DNA of 64,000 nt from Camelus dromedarius (GCF_036321535.1 NC_087437.1:49912001-49976000); one strand, 5' to 3'; numbered from the stretch's first letter, positions 1-13,985 are shown. Program-made: numbers and translations. The notes: a model not told the origin generated them from the sequence alone.

Positions 1-255
1 AAGATTTCAAATAATGTGTTCTATGTCACAAGGTGAACCATAATTCACCGTTGGAGAGGTTTGCTAGTTTTTCAGTGTAGTTCATTTCTATTCATATGTT
101 TAAAGGAAGACCTGTATAATTTCACTTTGTTCTTTATACAGTGGGTGAGAGAGAGGAAGAGAGTGAGACAGAAAACAAAATAGTACGTACAACGAGTTAA
201 GCATCCAGACCACTGTGGTCCTTTGTCCTTGCTGCCTCCTGGTCATGAAGTGGGA

Positions 256-269
256 GTGCCCTCTAGTGA
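256..269 (-). promoter_or_regulatory. Candidate CTCF site
   Basis: GTGCCCTCTAGTGA; reverse complement TCACTAGAGGGCAC is one mismatch from the CTCF core CCACTAGAGGGCAC. Motif only. Confidence 0.4.
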
Positions 270-486
270 AACTTTAAAATCATTGGAAGATACTGGGTGT
301 AACGTGGTTAAGAATTCCTCCTAAATTTTTGCCTCAAAAAATCTGTGGGCATTAAAAATTTGCATAAGTTTTGAATAGAGAAAAACACAAAATACTATCA
401 AGTAAAACCATTACTCTAGGAAACAAATAGAAATGAATATATTGGTATCAATACCAAAAAGTCCATGGCTGTAATCTCTGTTTGGC

Positions 487-539
487 ATCTATCTACCTAT
501 CTAGCTAGCTATCCATCTATCTCTCTGTCTATCTCTCTG

Positions 540-603
<64 letters not shown>

Positions 604-619
604 CCTATTCATCCATCTA
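487..619. repeat. (CTAT)n tetranucleotide microsatellite with degenerate flanks
   Basis: Pure CTAT run at ~541-603, with CTAG/CCAT/CTCT variants on either side. Confidence 0.97.
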
Positions 620-884
620 GTGAGAGATCCCAAGGACACATAAGTAGCATGTAACTAAAGCCATGATTATATAAATGAAAATTTATATAAAACACAATTA
701 CTTGTCTCTCAAGAAGATGTGTAGTAAATAAATCACTTTGAAATGTGAAAGTAAAGCAGTAGTAGCAATACACACAAGGGAACAGAACTGAGAAAACACA
801 TTTTGTCATCTATATTATTCCAAGGCTCTTTGTAGAAAGCAGCATATGCTTATTGTGATGAAATTTGATGTGTTCTGGGAAAAG

Positions 885-1090
885 TACAAGATTGGGAGTC
901 TGTGTCTTGCCCTGGACTTCACTTACCAGCTGTGTGAGTTTAGGAAAAACACTTAACCTCTCTGAGCCTCAGGGTCTTCATCTGCAAAATGGGCTTGGAA
1001 ACACCTTCCCTGCCACCTCATAGGATAGTATTGGATGAGATAAAGTGTGGGAAAGGGTTTTGAAGCTACTTATATTGTGAAGATATTACT
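885..1090 (+). mobile_element. MIR SINE fragment
   Basis: MIR core 'acttaccagctgtgtgag...acttaacctctctgagcctcag...catctgcaaaatggg'. Confidence 0.85.
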
Positions 1091-3489
1091 GTTCTGACTT
1101 TTCTGTCTTCCTACTGGAAAGATTTCAAGCCAAGTTCACTTTTATGATGAAGAGGGAGCGAAAGAAGACCCCTCTAAAATCCTATGGAGCCAGGAACGAG
1201 TGACAAAACAGTTTTTCTTCCCAGTCAAGAAGGATCACAGAGAAAGAAACAGGTGGCTCCGAGGAAGGAAGCAGGACCAGACTTTACCACCACAGACCCA
1301 CGGGCTCTCCCGAGCGAGGCTGTGCCGGAGCAGGCTGGGCAGCAGCTGGTGCAGCATCGGGAAGCGCGTCTTCTCAGGTTTGTAACAGCAAGTGTCAGTG
1401 AGTCTAATCTCCACCTGACAGCATGGATGCTCCCTGTTTCTGTGCTTTTAATCCCCGTGTGTTGATTACCATCCACACAACATGGTCCCCGGTTTTTGCT
1501 GTCTTTTTAAAATGTAAAATATTTTAGCTTTGTTTGTGCCAACAGTAATAAACTCTTCATTTGCGCAAACAATCTGGTTCTTCCTTTTAGTTGCAGTTAG
1601 TTTAATTTTAGGTTTGTGCTTTTAAAATTTTTTACTCTATACAGCTTGTTTTCAGTGGGGACGTGGTTTCTCACTGGCTGTGTTTGCTTTAAAGAGAGCT
1701 TTATTTTTCCTAAGTCAACTTGTATAGGTACTTTAAACCCATATATTTCGAATTCCAGGTCTCTCAATACTTTTCCTTCTTCTCCTTCTCCTTCTTCCTT
1801 TTCATATTTTTAAGAACACAAGTGTCTTCTATGTACTTACTGCCTGGATTTTCACCATTTATCTTCTGAATGTATGTCTTCTATCTTTTGTCCAGAGTGA
1901 GAAACTGTTTCTAGTTTCTTTGCTCAGAGGTACTTCACATTGTCAGATATGCACAATCAATCTTGCACTTCAACCTTTGTGAAGAAATGCAACAGATGGA
2001 TAATGGGAACATGGTTGCCATTTGGGCTCTGGTCCATTCATGGGCTGCCTTCACAGCCATGACTCTAGTAGTCAAGGAGGAAAATTATACAGCTAATCTC
2101 TAAGGCTATCTGACGGGTTCCATGCCTGCTGTTTATGTCTTCCCTCCCCATTTGACCTAAACAGTTGGCATGGGGGTGGAGGAGTAGTATTTCTTCCTTA
2201 GAATAAAATTAAACAAGACACTCAGCAGGTCTCCCACTACTCAGGGATTTATCCAAATTAAGAGACTAGTTCCAGTTGAATGACTGGGGCTTCCATGTCA
2301 CAAAAACTGCTCTTGGCTACACCCAGAGTTCACTTTGTCTAGGCTACATGCTCACATATTAGTGGAACACCAGTACTCCTCATTGAAACTTGGGTTCCTT
2401 CTGTATTAGAGCCTTCCCTGACCTTTGCTGAACATCACAAAGAAACCAAATGCTGGCCTCTGTTTGTCTCAAATTTTCCCCTATTAATATGTGGTCCAAG
2501 ACTACATTTCCAGCCAGTCTTTCACTTAAAAACACAATCTCATTCAAAACCTGCCTGGTAACTTTATCACTGGGGTAACTGTTACCTATGATGCAGGGCT
2601 GACCTGGGTCCTTGTAGCACTTGACATCATCTTTTGGACGGGTTACAGAGCCTTTTGAGGGAGTTGTTAGAAGCAGGCTCACCCTGCAATGCAGAACCAG
2701 TCACAGAGGAAAATTAGTGCATTTATCTGTCAGCATTAGACTAGATTTTCAACCCAGTTCACTAGTCACAGGGTCTGGTTTTCTCTTCCTCTCAGAGATG
2801 AAACCGATATGCTGGTAGGTAGTAAAGGTGTCAGTTATAAATTGAACTGTTGGAGCATGCACACACGAAAAATAGACGAGAAGACTTTAAGGCCATAAAT
2901 TTAGTTCAAGGCAAAGAATTTCCCTAAAAATAGTCCAGCTTGTTAAAACACTGTAGGAAGAATGTATGTCAGGTAGCCATTGGAGTTATCAGAACCAGTT
3001 CACATATTCTTTTATAAGGAACCAGTGTTTGCGACTCTCTCTCTACTGTGCTATTCGTTTTAACTGCTTAAGGAGGTGGGGGGTGAGGGACATCTCACTG
3101 ACTCTGGTAGTAAATAAATAAATTAACTTGATTGTTCCCTCTTCACTGTCTCATACATGTGTGAGGCTGCAGCAAATCTGAGCTGCAAAGGTACATGTCT
3201 GGCAGACACCATCCAGCTTTTCCTTGTGTTCCACTTACTGTTTACCTACCACTTAACTAAATGGGGCTCCAATCCCGACTCAGAAGAAGAATGTGGCCCT
3301 TTTCTCAACTCAGTCAGCGATCCTGTCCTAAACTGGCTGTTTCCTAACCTCAATTCTATAATAAAATAACCTAGGTGGAAACCCTGAAGACCAACCTGTT
3401 AATGACCCATGACTGAGACATAGCACAAAATACAATTTAAAGGAAAAACGTTTAGAGTGTCCCATAACTCCCATACTGTCTATGACAGA

Positions 3490-4470
3490 TCAATACATAT
3501 TGAGTATCTGTTGGCCCTGAAACACTGCACTGAACTGCGTGGGTTACAGATCCAATCCCTTGACTCAGAGAGCTTATAATTTAGGTTGAGAGATGATATC
3601 CAACAACTCACCATAGAATAAACCAGAGTCCAACAAGAATTAGATGGGAGCAAGTATCAGGCCATATCATGGAATGCACAAAGGAAGGAATCCATAATAT
3701 ACCATACAGGTAGTACATCGATTAATTCATTTATTATTTAAAACTTTATATATGTTACCTACTATGTGTCAGGTACCACACTAGACGTCAGAGATTTTTT
3801 AAAATCCTGCTTTCGAGAAGTTATTTTCTCTCTAGGGTAACAGAAATAAGTAACTATAATCCATCTTTATATCCATCCCCTTTCCTTGTCACTAGGTCTT
3901 CTCAGAGGATGGCCTCATATTATCCATCTCTGTGTCCCTAGAAAAAAGCACCTGGCACAGAGCAGGTGCTCAATACATGTATTTTAAAGGAAAGGATGAG
4001 TATTAAAATGTGATAAAATGTGTGATAGCTTTTCTAAAAGGCTTCGTTTTTCCCAAATGATGGGGAAAACGTGTTGGCAACGGCGATGTGGAGAATGTCT
4101 CCTGAGTTTTTAGTTGGGCATATGGTGGATGGGGGTGCTGTAAACAGTCAGATAATACAGAAGAGAATGAATATGGGGAAAGGGAAAGGTGAGGATGCTA
4201 AATGGGATCTGGGATAAGTTACGCCGGAGGCACAAGCTGCCGGAACTTCAGTTGGAGATGTCCAGTGGGCAGTTTAAAGAACTGACTGGGAACTCGAGAA
4301 AGAACTTGGAGCTAATTTAGCCGCATGTTGAGAACATATAGATTACAAGGAGCATTAAGGACTAGTTTCAACTTAATAAGAATTTATTGAGCACCTACTA
4401 TATTCAAAGAACTGTGGTATTACACCTTTGCTTAAGGAAATAACCCTTAGACTCAAAATACTTAAAATCT
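3490..4470. mobile_element. Cluster of degenerate L2 fragments in both orientations
   Basis: L2 3'-end motifs such as 'cctggcacagagcaggtgctcaatacatgt' (+) and 'atttattgagcacctactat' (-). Confidence 0.65.
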
Positions 4471-4574
4471 AGTGGAAATCACAGATCTGCTAACACTTAA
4501 GCATGTTGAAGACTAGTATGTAACGGCTGGTGGAGAATGAAATACCAACAGAAAGCAGAGACACAGCAAAGCAG

Positions 4575-4775
4575 CTAAGCTGGGGGGCTCTGGACTCAGA
4601 CTGTCCAGGCTTGACTCCTGCAATCTGTCACTTCTGATCTGCGTGGCCTTTGGTAAATTATTTAATATATCTAGATTATTTGTTAAATGCAAAATAATAG
4701 TATCTCCTTTTAGGATTATTATAAAGATTAAATCAAATAACATAAAAGTAGTTACTTAGTAGAGATTAAGGATTC
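4575..4775 (+). mobile_element. MIR SINE
   Basis: 'ggctctggactcagactgtccaggcttgactcctg...ggattattataaagattaaat'. Confidence 0.75.
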
Positions 4776-7329
4776 AACTATCAGTTATGGGAGAAAGCGA
4801 CACCCTTAATGGGTGGGTAAGTTTTCAATCTTTCATTTTCACATGTCCTCTGTTAAGATTAAGGCTCACTTCCCACATTATTCAGAGATAAAGGATAGTG
4901 ATGTCATAACTGAAGAAATAAGAAACTCTAGTTATGTCAAAGAGATCTATGGTGTCGGCCATATTTCTCCAAATTGGTTCAATTTCTGATTTAAAGTTTA
5001 ATATATAAAAACATCCAATACGATTCAAAAGTTTGTATGGCTGCCCTAGATTCCCAAGCCATTAGCAACTGGAAAAAATAAAAGTAACACAAAGCACATC
5101 ATATCTGCAATATTGTTGCCACAAAACAAACAGCCCCAACAACCGCCACAAAGTAACACAAACATTAAAACACAGCTTTAACTGGGTGATAGGTTGTGCA
5201 CGTTACCCCATAACCTCTGTGTTTGTACCACTTTCTTCTTGAACTTTGGTTATTTATCTGTCCTGAATCTCATCCCTCTATTATGTGTAAATTTAATATT
5301 TATTAAAGAAACCAAATTAAAACACTGGAGACAATAGCAAAATCTCCTTGAGGACTATTTTTCCTGCTGGAGGGAGCACTGAAAGGTTTGGAATTCTTGT
5401 AAGTGAAAGTATACATGCAAAATGATGAACTTCTCACCTCAATGGGGCACCATACACCGGGAAGAGAAAGCATACACATTTGTTAAAAAGCACATTCTCC
5501 AATCTTATAGAGACTTTTGAAACAAGATCAAGATCTAACAAAAGACCATCTAATTTTCATGAGATTTCCTGGGAATCCTATTTCCATCCCAAATGATGCT
5601 TAAACAACCTTACCTCACAACATGAGCCATCAAGGACCCCCTGACCACCTCCTTGTTGTGTCTGAGCTGGCATGCAAGTTAGCAGGATTCTTCTGCCCAG
5701 TAACCACTAAATCAGCCAACTTGGCCAAGCTGGTTCTGAGTGTAGTTACAGTTAAGACATGGCATCCAAAGAGAAAGCATGACATACAGACATTCATTGA
5801 AGGAGAGGAGATAATGTTTCTTAGAAATGAATCAAAACTCTTCAGGAGGAAATAAGGAAAAAGGGAACATGGGATTCTGGAACACTGAGGAGCCCTCAAA
5901 CTCTAGATTAGGGGGATTTTTGAGGAGACAGTGTGCCTTTTGCTTATTTTCAATGAAAGTTTTCATTTGAATGGCTTTCTGAAGCAGGAAGTAAAGAGTT
6001 AAGTGAGGTGAACAATCCTTGTGAGAGAAATTCTTTTTGGCTTTCTTATGCAGGGATCAGTCTAAGGTTCTCTCATTCCTCTCACATCTAAGATCAGTGG
6101 AAGCCAAAGAACTAGTCTGTTGGTAAATAAATCTACAAACTGGACTTTCTGTTACATGCTTGACTAGATATAACAAAATAAAGTGAGCTTTTCACATGTT
6201 GCTACACTAGGTAATAATCCTATTAAAAATAAAACTTGATTGATTTTTTTAGTAGAAATTTTAAAAAATTTCTATTCTTCCTGTGAGAATGAGTAGTAGG
6301 GACATTCATACTTTTCTTTTCCCCAGCAAGTTAAGAGGTTAGACTGTATGGCAGCCTTCCACGGAGGCTCACCAGGAGAGCCGTGGTGGCCCAGCTCCTT
6401 TGTTTAACTTAGTCGCCTCTTCTGTGAAGCCTTTCTGGATGTTTTAGAAATTGCCCCTCTGCCAATATAGCTCCAACTAACTGTGTACCTATCGTGTTAT
6501 CTCACCTGATTTACCCAATGTCGTTTACCCACAATCTAGTATGTGTCAACTCTACAAGTGCTTGAGGTACAAGGCGAAGTAAGAGTTCAGACCAGCCCTC
6601 AAGAGGCTGAAAAAATAAGCAGTCTCCACACCATTTGTTGCTTTTCCTCTCAGGTCAGAAACTCATTCAGACTAAAACTTGGCATGAAAAATAAAATCCA
6701 TAACAGAGATCCAGAGACTCTCAATTATATAGCATCACTCGCTTATCGTTGACCCACTTGGCTTCATGTTATTTTGTTTGTATATGTATTTATTTTTGTG
6801 GAATTACATTAGATTATTAACTTGCAGAGACAAAGATGAGTTCTAGGATATTTTCACTGTCTGTTCGGACAGTTGGTTTATTTATTAATTTTTTTTTTTT
6901 TTTTGCGTGCCCCTACAGGCAATTTGTTTAATAAATAATTCATGATGATAAAAATGCAGATGAATGCTACTCCTTGGGAAGGCTGTGGTATGATATTCTT
7001 GCTTATATCTTTTTGGTGGAATTTGAGATCACTTAAGAGTGAAATTACCCTAAAGGGAACAAGTTGCTACTGCAGAATGAGAATTGTGTTTTTCCAAATC
7101 ATTTCCAATTAAACACCTACAGGTCCAAGATCACTGGCTTTGCAAGGGCATCAGAACAATGCTGTCTGGCTTCTTTTGATAGTGAATTACATCAGCTGGC
7201 TCAGATTTTTTTTCCCCTCCCACTTTCTTTGCTCAGAAAACCTTATTATTTTTTTCTTTCCATTTTGTGTTTCCCTTGCAAGTATACAATACACCATATT
7301 TAGAGAAATAAAAATTGAGATTGTCTTGG

Positions 7330-7510
7330 TCACATCCCATACTAGCTCTGTGCATTTAGGAAGCCTTTTACCATTCTGTGACTCAGTTTCCCAAACTGGG
7401 AAGTGAGGAGAATGTATCATCATTGCCTACCTCGTATGGTTGCTGGGAGTAAACCATAGAGTGTTACACATGTACAATGCCGCCTTAGTATTACTACTAT
7501 TATTACCATT
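7330..7510 (+). mobile_element. MIR fragment
   Basis: 'actagctctgtgcatttaggaag...tctgtgactcagtttccc'. Confidence 0.65.
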
Positions 7511-7664
7511 ACAGCTAAACTGTAAAGATTACTTTCTAAGAACACATTATGTCAAGAAGAAGATGCTACAGAATGAAAAGTAGCATACTCAAAGTCTTCT
7601 TTAAATTGTTTCTGCTTCTATACATAAAATAGCCACACCATGATTTGCAGTTGCAGGAATAATA

Positions 7665-7900
7665 ATTAATAATAGCAATCACTTTTTGAACTCTTCTTAT
7701 GAAGGAGACACAGTACTAAGTTCTTTGCATGGATTGTCTCATTTAAGTTCTAGTCTAGTGCCGACTTCATACCACCATTATTATCTATATTTTACAGAGA
7801 AGCAAATCATGACTTGGAGACACTGAATGCTTTGTTTATGGGCACACAGTGGATAGCAGCCCTGGCAATTTGACTCCAGAGTCCATAGTCTTAATCACAT
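7665..7900 (-). mobile_element. MIR SINE
   Basis: 'attattatctatattttacagaga...tttgactccagagtccatagtcttaatcac' matches reverse-strand MIR. Confidence 0.75.
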
Positions 7901-9399
7901 TGTTAGGTGGTGAGGGAGCTGTAAGGCAAAGTTCTCTCCTGAATCTGAAGTCGAGTTTCCCAAATATACAGCACTGAGATCCTAAGGGAAATGTTGGAGT
8001 TCATATGTTTAAGTCTCACTTAATTGCCAGTACACAAGAGCTCATGGAAAGGACATAAAGACAAGGGGTGCTCAGATCATCATGGACATCAGACAGACAT
8101 GTGACAGTGGCCAAAGACAGAAACAGCATGTCAGCTGAGTCCTGGTGCTAGAGCAGCCACCATGTTCCAACATCATGAAGAGAAAAGTCCAATAATCACC
8201 ATGTCGTGGTACCTAAGCGGGCAAGAGCAAATCAAGCCACTCTGAAAGACACTATTAAATTATAGAAACCACGTAAATCTTTGCTACCCTCAAAAGTGAA
8301 TATGTGGTCCAACATGTGAGAAGGATGATAACTCTGAGCATATGTCGGGGTGAGATGGTTGACCCCATTTCACCAGGCACTTTCCATGCATGGTTACTCA
8401 ACCAGCCTGTGTCTTCTCAGGACTGGACTCCACTGTCCCCTGTACCCCTGGAGGGGTGGCTCCAGGGGCTTCCTAGGCATATTGGGGATTTATTCCCTTT
8501 CCCTCACTCCTGTTCTGAACACAACAAAATTTACCTTTGAATACAAGCGTGTATCTGTCCTAAGAGCAACATCCAGGGGATCACTGGCTTTCTTAGAACC
8601 ACTATAGCTTCAAATAAAACCGCTCTAAATCCACCAGGCACTCCCTTTCCTTCAGCAATAAAGACACCTGTGAGCCTCCTCACTTCGATGTGGGATTAAG
8701 ACTCAGTGCGGAGCTCAGGCTGGCACTAACGAGCCCGCAGACATCCTCAGAGCAGAGCAGAGGAAGACACAGGTGAAACAAATCAAACAGAACAATCAGG
8801 GGTGAATTTTCAGTGTGGCCCAGATGGAGATTTCCTGGCAGGATTTCCATTAACATGAATGGGAGTTGTACCACTAAATCCCTACACACTGTGCGGAAAA
8901 TGTGCCTCTAAGTGCTCGGCAGCATTATGCCAGATGGAACAAAAACACAAACTACCCAAACGGGCGAGGTGCTCCTGGGGACAAGGTACCAAGATTCACG
9001 GCAGAAGGTGTCTCAAGTCCTAACTATCCTGGGTGAGACAAAATGGACCCCCTACTTGGCTTGCCACTTTGCCCTGGAAATAGGAGAGCCCTCCACAACC
9101 TGCTCGGTGATGCTTCTCTCTCTCCTTGACACAGACTTTGATTGTGAGCTGATCTGGGGTTCCACACAAATGGCCTGTGTTTGCTAAAATGATTTCCCTC
9201 CCGCTCTGATTACCTGAAATTTCAGTAAACTTTAGCATTGCATCAGGTCCACTGGAACCAGAAACGTAGAGGACGATAGTGCACGATTCATTTTGATGTG
9301 GTTTTATGGCCTCTGCAAAGTAAATGTTGCAAAGGACTCTTACCCGAGGATCAAAGAAAACAGTCAAGAAACCACTCTGCCTGCTTTCACAGAGCAATT

Positions 9400-9940
9400 T
9401 CCTTTCCATATCATCTCCAGGGTGGCTCTGAAACACAAGTCTGATCATGTTGCTTTCCTCCTCAAAAATCTTCACTGGCTCCCCTCTTCCGCTAAAGTAA
9501 AGTTTAGGCTCTCCATAAACTATTTTTCTCTCCCATCTGCTGCCACATCTCTCCATGGAGTCTATCCTCCAAGTGTATTTTTTTCATTTGCCATGCCTCT
9601 AAACAAAGTCGCCTCTGATTGACCTTTCTTCTGTTGACCAGAATAGCTCCCTCCCAGCGATCCCTGTCCTCTGTCTACTTATCCCTGAAAGCCAAGGTTG
9701 TATATATCCTCTTCTCTATTAAGCACTTCTCATACTGACTCAACCGATTTCTCTACCATGCTATCTCTGAACCAGCATTATAGAATTCATTGAATTCTGC
9801 TCTTAGGCATCCTAATTTCTATTATATTTTTGTTCTTAATTTTTCTGTTCCCTTAACTAGATTGCAAATGCCACCAAAGACTTTTCCAAATCTTCGTGTT
9901 TCCTACGATACCTTGCTTATAGTAGGCTACTAATAATTAT
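9400..9940 (+). mobile_element. L2 3' fragment
   Basis: 'tctgatcatgttgctttcctcctcaaaaatcttcactggctcccc' is a typical L2 3' segment. Confidence 0.75.
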
Positions 9941-10509
9941 CTTTTAGATGATTACATTTAGATGTGAGGTCCCACTACTTCTTACCTCAACAGCAAATTT
10001 TTCATTTCCTACAGGCCATGATGATGATGAAGACAGCAAGTCTCCTCTAATTATCCTTTCATATGAACATTTATGTGTTTCAAGACACCGTCATGGCAGC
10101 TCAGATGTAAAGAGAACACAGTCCTGGCCTGGAGCAGCTCCTGGTCTAGACAGCAAGGGAATGACAGCTAAGGAGCTACCATTAAGTGTGAAAAGGTGCA
10201 CCAGTGTGTGTAATAAAGTTGGTTACAATCACGTCCATCTGCCTAGAGGGGCTGTGATGAGGGGACTGTGACATGGAGGGAGTGGGCAGGTGTCTTAGAA
10301 GCTGAGCTGCAGCATCGGGCCGTGACACACTCACCTAAAGGAAACTGGGCAGGTCCAGGCACGATTACAATTAGGCCACCTCCCCTCTTTTCTTCCACCA
10401 GTTCCCTAAAACCTACCACCTGCCTCTCTCCCCTTCTCTCTCAATCTGGGGGCAGCTGGCTTAAGTTTCCCGTGGAAAAGGTTAAAAGAGGAAGCAGGGC
10501 TCCACAGAA

Positions 10510-10770
10510 GAGCACAAGCTTTGCAACCTCACAGCCCTCAGTTTGGGGCTCCAGCACTTCTGCACTGTGTGACCTAGAACAAATTACTTAAGTTCTCTGA
10601 GCTTCACTTTCCTCCTTGAGCAAGTTCCGTGAACTCAAATGGTCCTCAGTTGCTTCTTAATGTTGAGATACTAATACTTACCTGGCAGGGTTATTTTAAG
10701 GATTAGAAATATTGTATAAAAAGTGCTTAGGCAACACATAGTAGACACTCAAAGCACGTGGTTATTAGTA
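10510..10770 (+). mobile_element. MIR SINE
   Basis: 'ctgtgtgacctagaacaaattacttaagttctctgagcttcactttcctc...gtataaaagtgcttag'. Confidence 0.8.
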
Positions 10771-12974
10771 GAGTCTTTAAAGGGGGTTCTTGTAGAGATA
10801 TAGTAACTTGTTCAAACACTTGTCTTGCTAGTGGTGGACATTCAAGGCATGCTAATAAGTAAATAATGGAACTGCTTGAGGGCTGAGCACCACGAGCTCT
10901 TAGAGAGTCCCACAAGCTCCCTGGGGTGGCCATCTGTCCAACCCACAGGTCACGGATCAACGGGGCGTTGTGAGTTCCCTGCTCTGCCAACGGTATCGGC
11001 ATGGGAATTTGGGTAAGCTGCTAATCTTCCTGCCTCAATTTCCTCCTGCTTAGTATGTATCCTGAGATCGCCTCCCCTGACAGGGCAATTTTGACTAATG
11101 TACAATCGAGCTTCAAGCCCCTTGGTTGCAGGGGAGCTATGAAAGCCAGAGGTATTGCTATTCATTTCAAGGCTCCCGTATCTGCCGTGAGACTCATAGT
11201 GGCGTTCGTTCCCCCACCCTCCCTGTAATATTTAGTTTCTTTGAGTTGTTTCATCAGAAGAAATACTGAGTTCTCCATTTTCCTGGCTCACTTTCCTACT
11301 GACGAGGTGATGTTAACATCGAATCCTGAATCACGGCTAGATCAATATTATAGCAGCTGCGAGAGAAGGGCACTCGCCCTAGAACACAAACACACTTTCT
11401 TTTCCAAGAAAGACTGTAGTTCCCCTAGTGTTAACTTCCCCTTGTTCCCCTCGTTGCCCCCCACCCCTCCCCTCCTGCCACCAGCACGACCCAGATCACA
11501 TTAGAGTCCCAGAGCACAGGGAACAGTTCTCGTCTATCCGTCACCAAGGAGGCAGACGGGACGGGGGGAACAACAAGTCGTTTGTACCTGATGAGGAGGA
11601 CACTCCTGGGAAACAAACAGATGAGCTACCCCATGAATCTGAGCCATTCTCCGAGGTAAACAGAACTGCATGAGAAACCACCAATTATCTCCAGCATCGC
11701 CCTTACCTCTCTCACTGCCCTTCTGGCAGCCGAGTGGGGGACATGAAACTGTAGCTTGGACCAATATCTGATTCTGAGAAAGTTAACCCTCGCAAAGGTG
11801 ATTTTCTTTTCCCATCGTCTCTTGGGGTTGAATGACCATCCATTTCTATTACCTTTTTGTCAATTATATTTTAATTTGAGAAGTATATTTTCATAGGAAA
11901 GTGACAAGACTAACTTTCAGAGTATGACCCAGTGTTTGGATAGAGAGTGTCAACTTGTAAACAACCAAACTAGTGCACAGTGTAGTGGATGTATATACTT
12001 CAAAACATTTTTAGGATATTTCAAAACAGCAGCAAAACAAAACAAACAGCTACTTCCAAGAAGTATTGCAAGGCAGTTGGACTATTGTCTCAATCTTCCA
12101 AAAGCATTCTAGGACATTCAGTGGGGAATCAGAGTATGTTCCCACAAACCTCTGTAGTTTGTTATGAATACTTTATTACTTCCTAATTCTACCGATTATC
12201 ATGGTGAATATTAAGTAATACTGATGATGGTTGAAGAATTGGGTTTGCAGGTCAGGTAGCCTGCCCCGATGGTGAGAAGACAGACTCTGGGCAATGTTGT
12301 TTTACAGAAAAATGGCATCTGTGGTACCAGCAAAGCAAGCAGTCAGAAGGTAAGTGAAATCACAGGTGACGATTCAGAGACAGGCTTTTCAGAAAGGCAA
12401 GCTTGGTACACCAAACCAGCCTAAAGCTCAGTTTCTACAGTTTTAAAGTATATGCTCTTTTTAAACATATGAAATCCATGCTTGAATTTTACATAACTTG
12501 AGCAACCATAACACATTTCAAGGGACTGTTTTAATCCTCAATTTCACTAGTGCCCTAAACATGCCATTGGAAAATCATACGTGATCAAGATTCCTTTTTT
12601 CAATGTCAACCTAAATTACTGGCCTAAAAATTACTGATGTACCCCAAGAGCATAACACAGCATCAGTCCCTTTATGTCCACTCTCCTGAAGCCAAGCATA
12701 TGACATGTTTTCCTTTGGTAGGGCCCGTCATCTGGCTTTCCCTGTCCCAGGAAGGAAAGTGATGAAGCAAAGGTTAGGGCGTATGAATCCAATTAATACA
12801 AAACAGAGCAAATCCCTCAGGACAACCACAGGGGAAAATGAAGGAGACATCAGCCAGCGATATCTTATGGAGCAAGATGAACGGCTCTTGTGTTTGTCTT
12901 TGGTAATTACATGGTACTCCCGGTCACCTGTCAGATATTAAGACCAACGAGACCAGGAAGAAAGGAGGGAGAAT

Positions 12975-13120
12975 GAACTAATGGTTGTTAGGCATCTACT
13001 TTATGTGAGGCCCTGGGCTTGGTGTACATCATTTTACCTAATTTGTATAACGTTACTCTAAGTGAGGCATTATTTTAGACAGGGAGACTGAGGCACAGGA
13101 AAGTTAAGTAACTTGCCTTC
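12975..13120 (-). mobile_element. MIR fragment
   Basis: 'acagggagactgaggcacaggaaagttaagtaacttgcc'. Confidence 0.8.
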
Positions 13121-13569
13121 TCAGGTTTCTATGTGTTCAAAAGTTTTGGAAAACTCAAAACTCCAACAAAAAGACTCCATTTAGGACTTTTGCTTTCCCT
13201 GATGATCCGTCTAAACTAATGATCTGACAGCTCATCCCAGGGTTCTTCAGAGATGGACCGTAAGTTCTTCTACCAGCTCTCAAAAACTTGAGTGTCAGGA
13301 ATTCTAAGAGGATTCACTGGGCTGAAGCACTTTCAATGTACACAGAACAGGATTGCATGGGAGGGTGACTCCCCCATAATAGTATCTGCTCACTCACCTT
13401 CCTAGCTGGGTCCCACGTCAGGATGAGAGAGATTCAGGGGAGTGAATGCAGTGACCACTTTTATAAGGTTCTGCCCATGGAGACACTGCAGAAAAGAGTG
13501 AGAGAAAAATCACCATGGAAGGTAATATAACTGTCAGAAGACAAATAAGAATTGGTACCAGAGGAAAAA

Positions 13570-13745
13570 CTTCAGGCCTGGAGTCAAGAAAATTGAGTTC
13601 AAGCCCTTTTTGTCTACTAACTTGCTGTGTGACCTCAAGCAAATCACTCTACTTCCCTGAGCCTCAGTTTTCTCATCTGTGAGAGAGGGAAGTGGTTCTG
13701 GGAGGTCACAGCCAAGGGTCCTTCCAATTCCAACATACTATTACC
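13570..13745 (+). mobile_element. MIR/MIR3 SINE
   Basis: 'ctggagtcaagaaaattgagttc...gctgtgtgacctcaagcaaatcact...ctgagcctcagttttctcatctgt'. Confidence 0.85.
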
Positions 13746-13794
13746 TCTTGAGAGGTAAAAGCCATGTCCTGCCTTAGCTCCTGCCACAGTGGTT

Positions 13795-13985
13795 TAGGGC
13801 AGCAGGTCTCAGACATTAGGGTGCATCAGTCACCCGGAGGACATGTTCAAACCCAGATTGCTGGGTTCTGCCAATGTTTCTGAAACAGTAGGTCTGGGTG
13901 GGGCCCCTGAATTGACATTTCTAGTAAGTTCTCAGGATATGTTGATGCTACCAGTCCAGGGGCCAGACTTTAAGAACTATTGGCT
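13795..13985. mobile_element. MER5A-like hAT-Charlie MITE
   Basis: 'gcatcagtcacccggagg...cagtaggtctgggtggggccc...catttctagtaagttctcagg...actttaagaactattg'. Confidence 0.8.

Noticed and set aside
10674..10690. 17-nt match to the U1 snRNA 5' end (ATACTTACCTGGCAGGG)
   Set aside because: Similarity stops immediately, and the segment sits at the MIR position whose consensus already resembles it.
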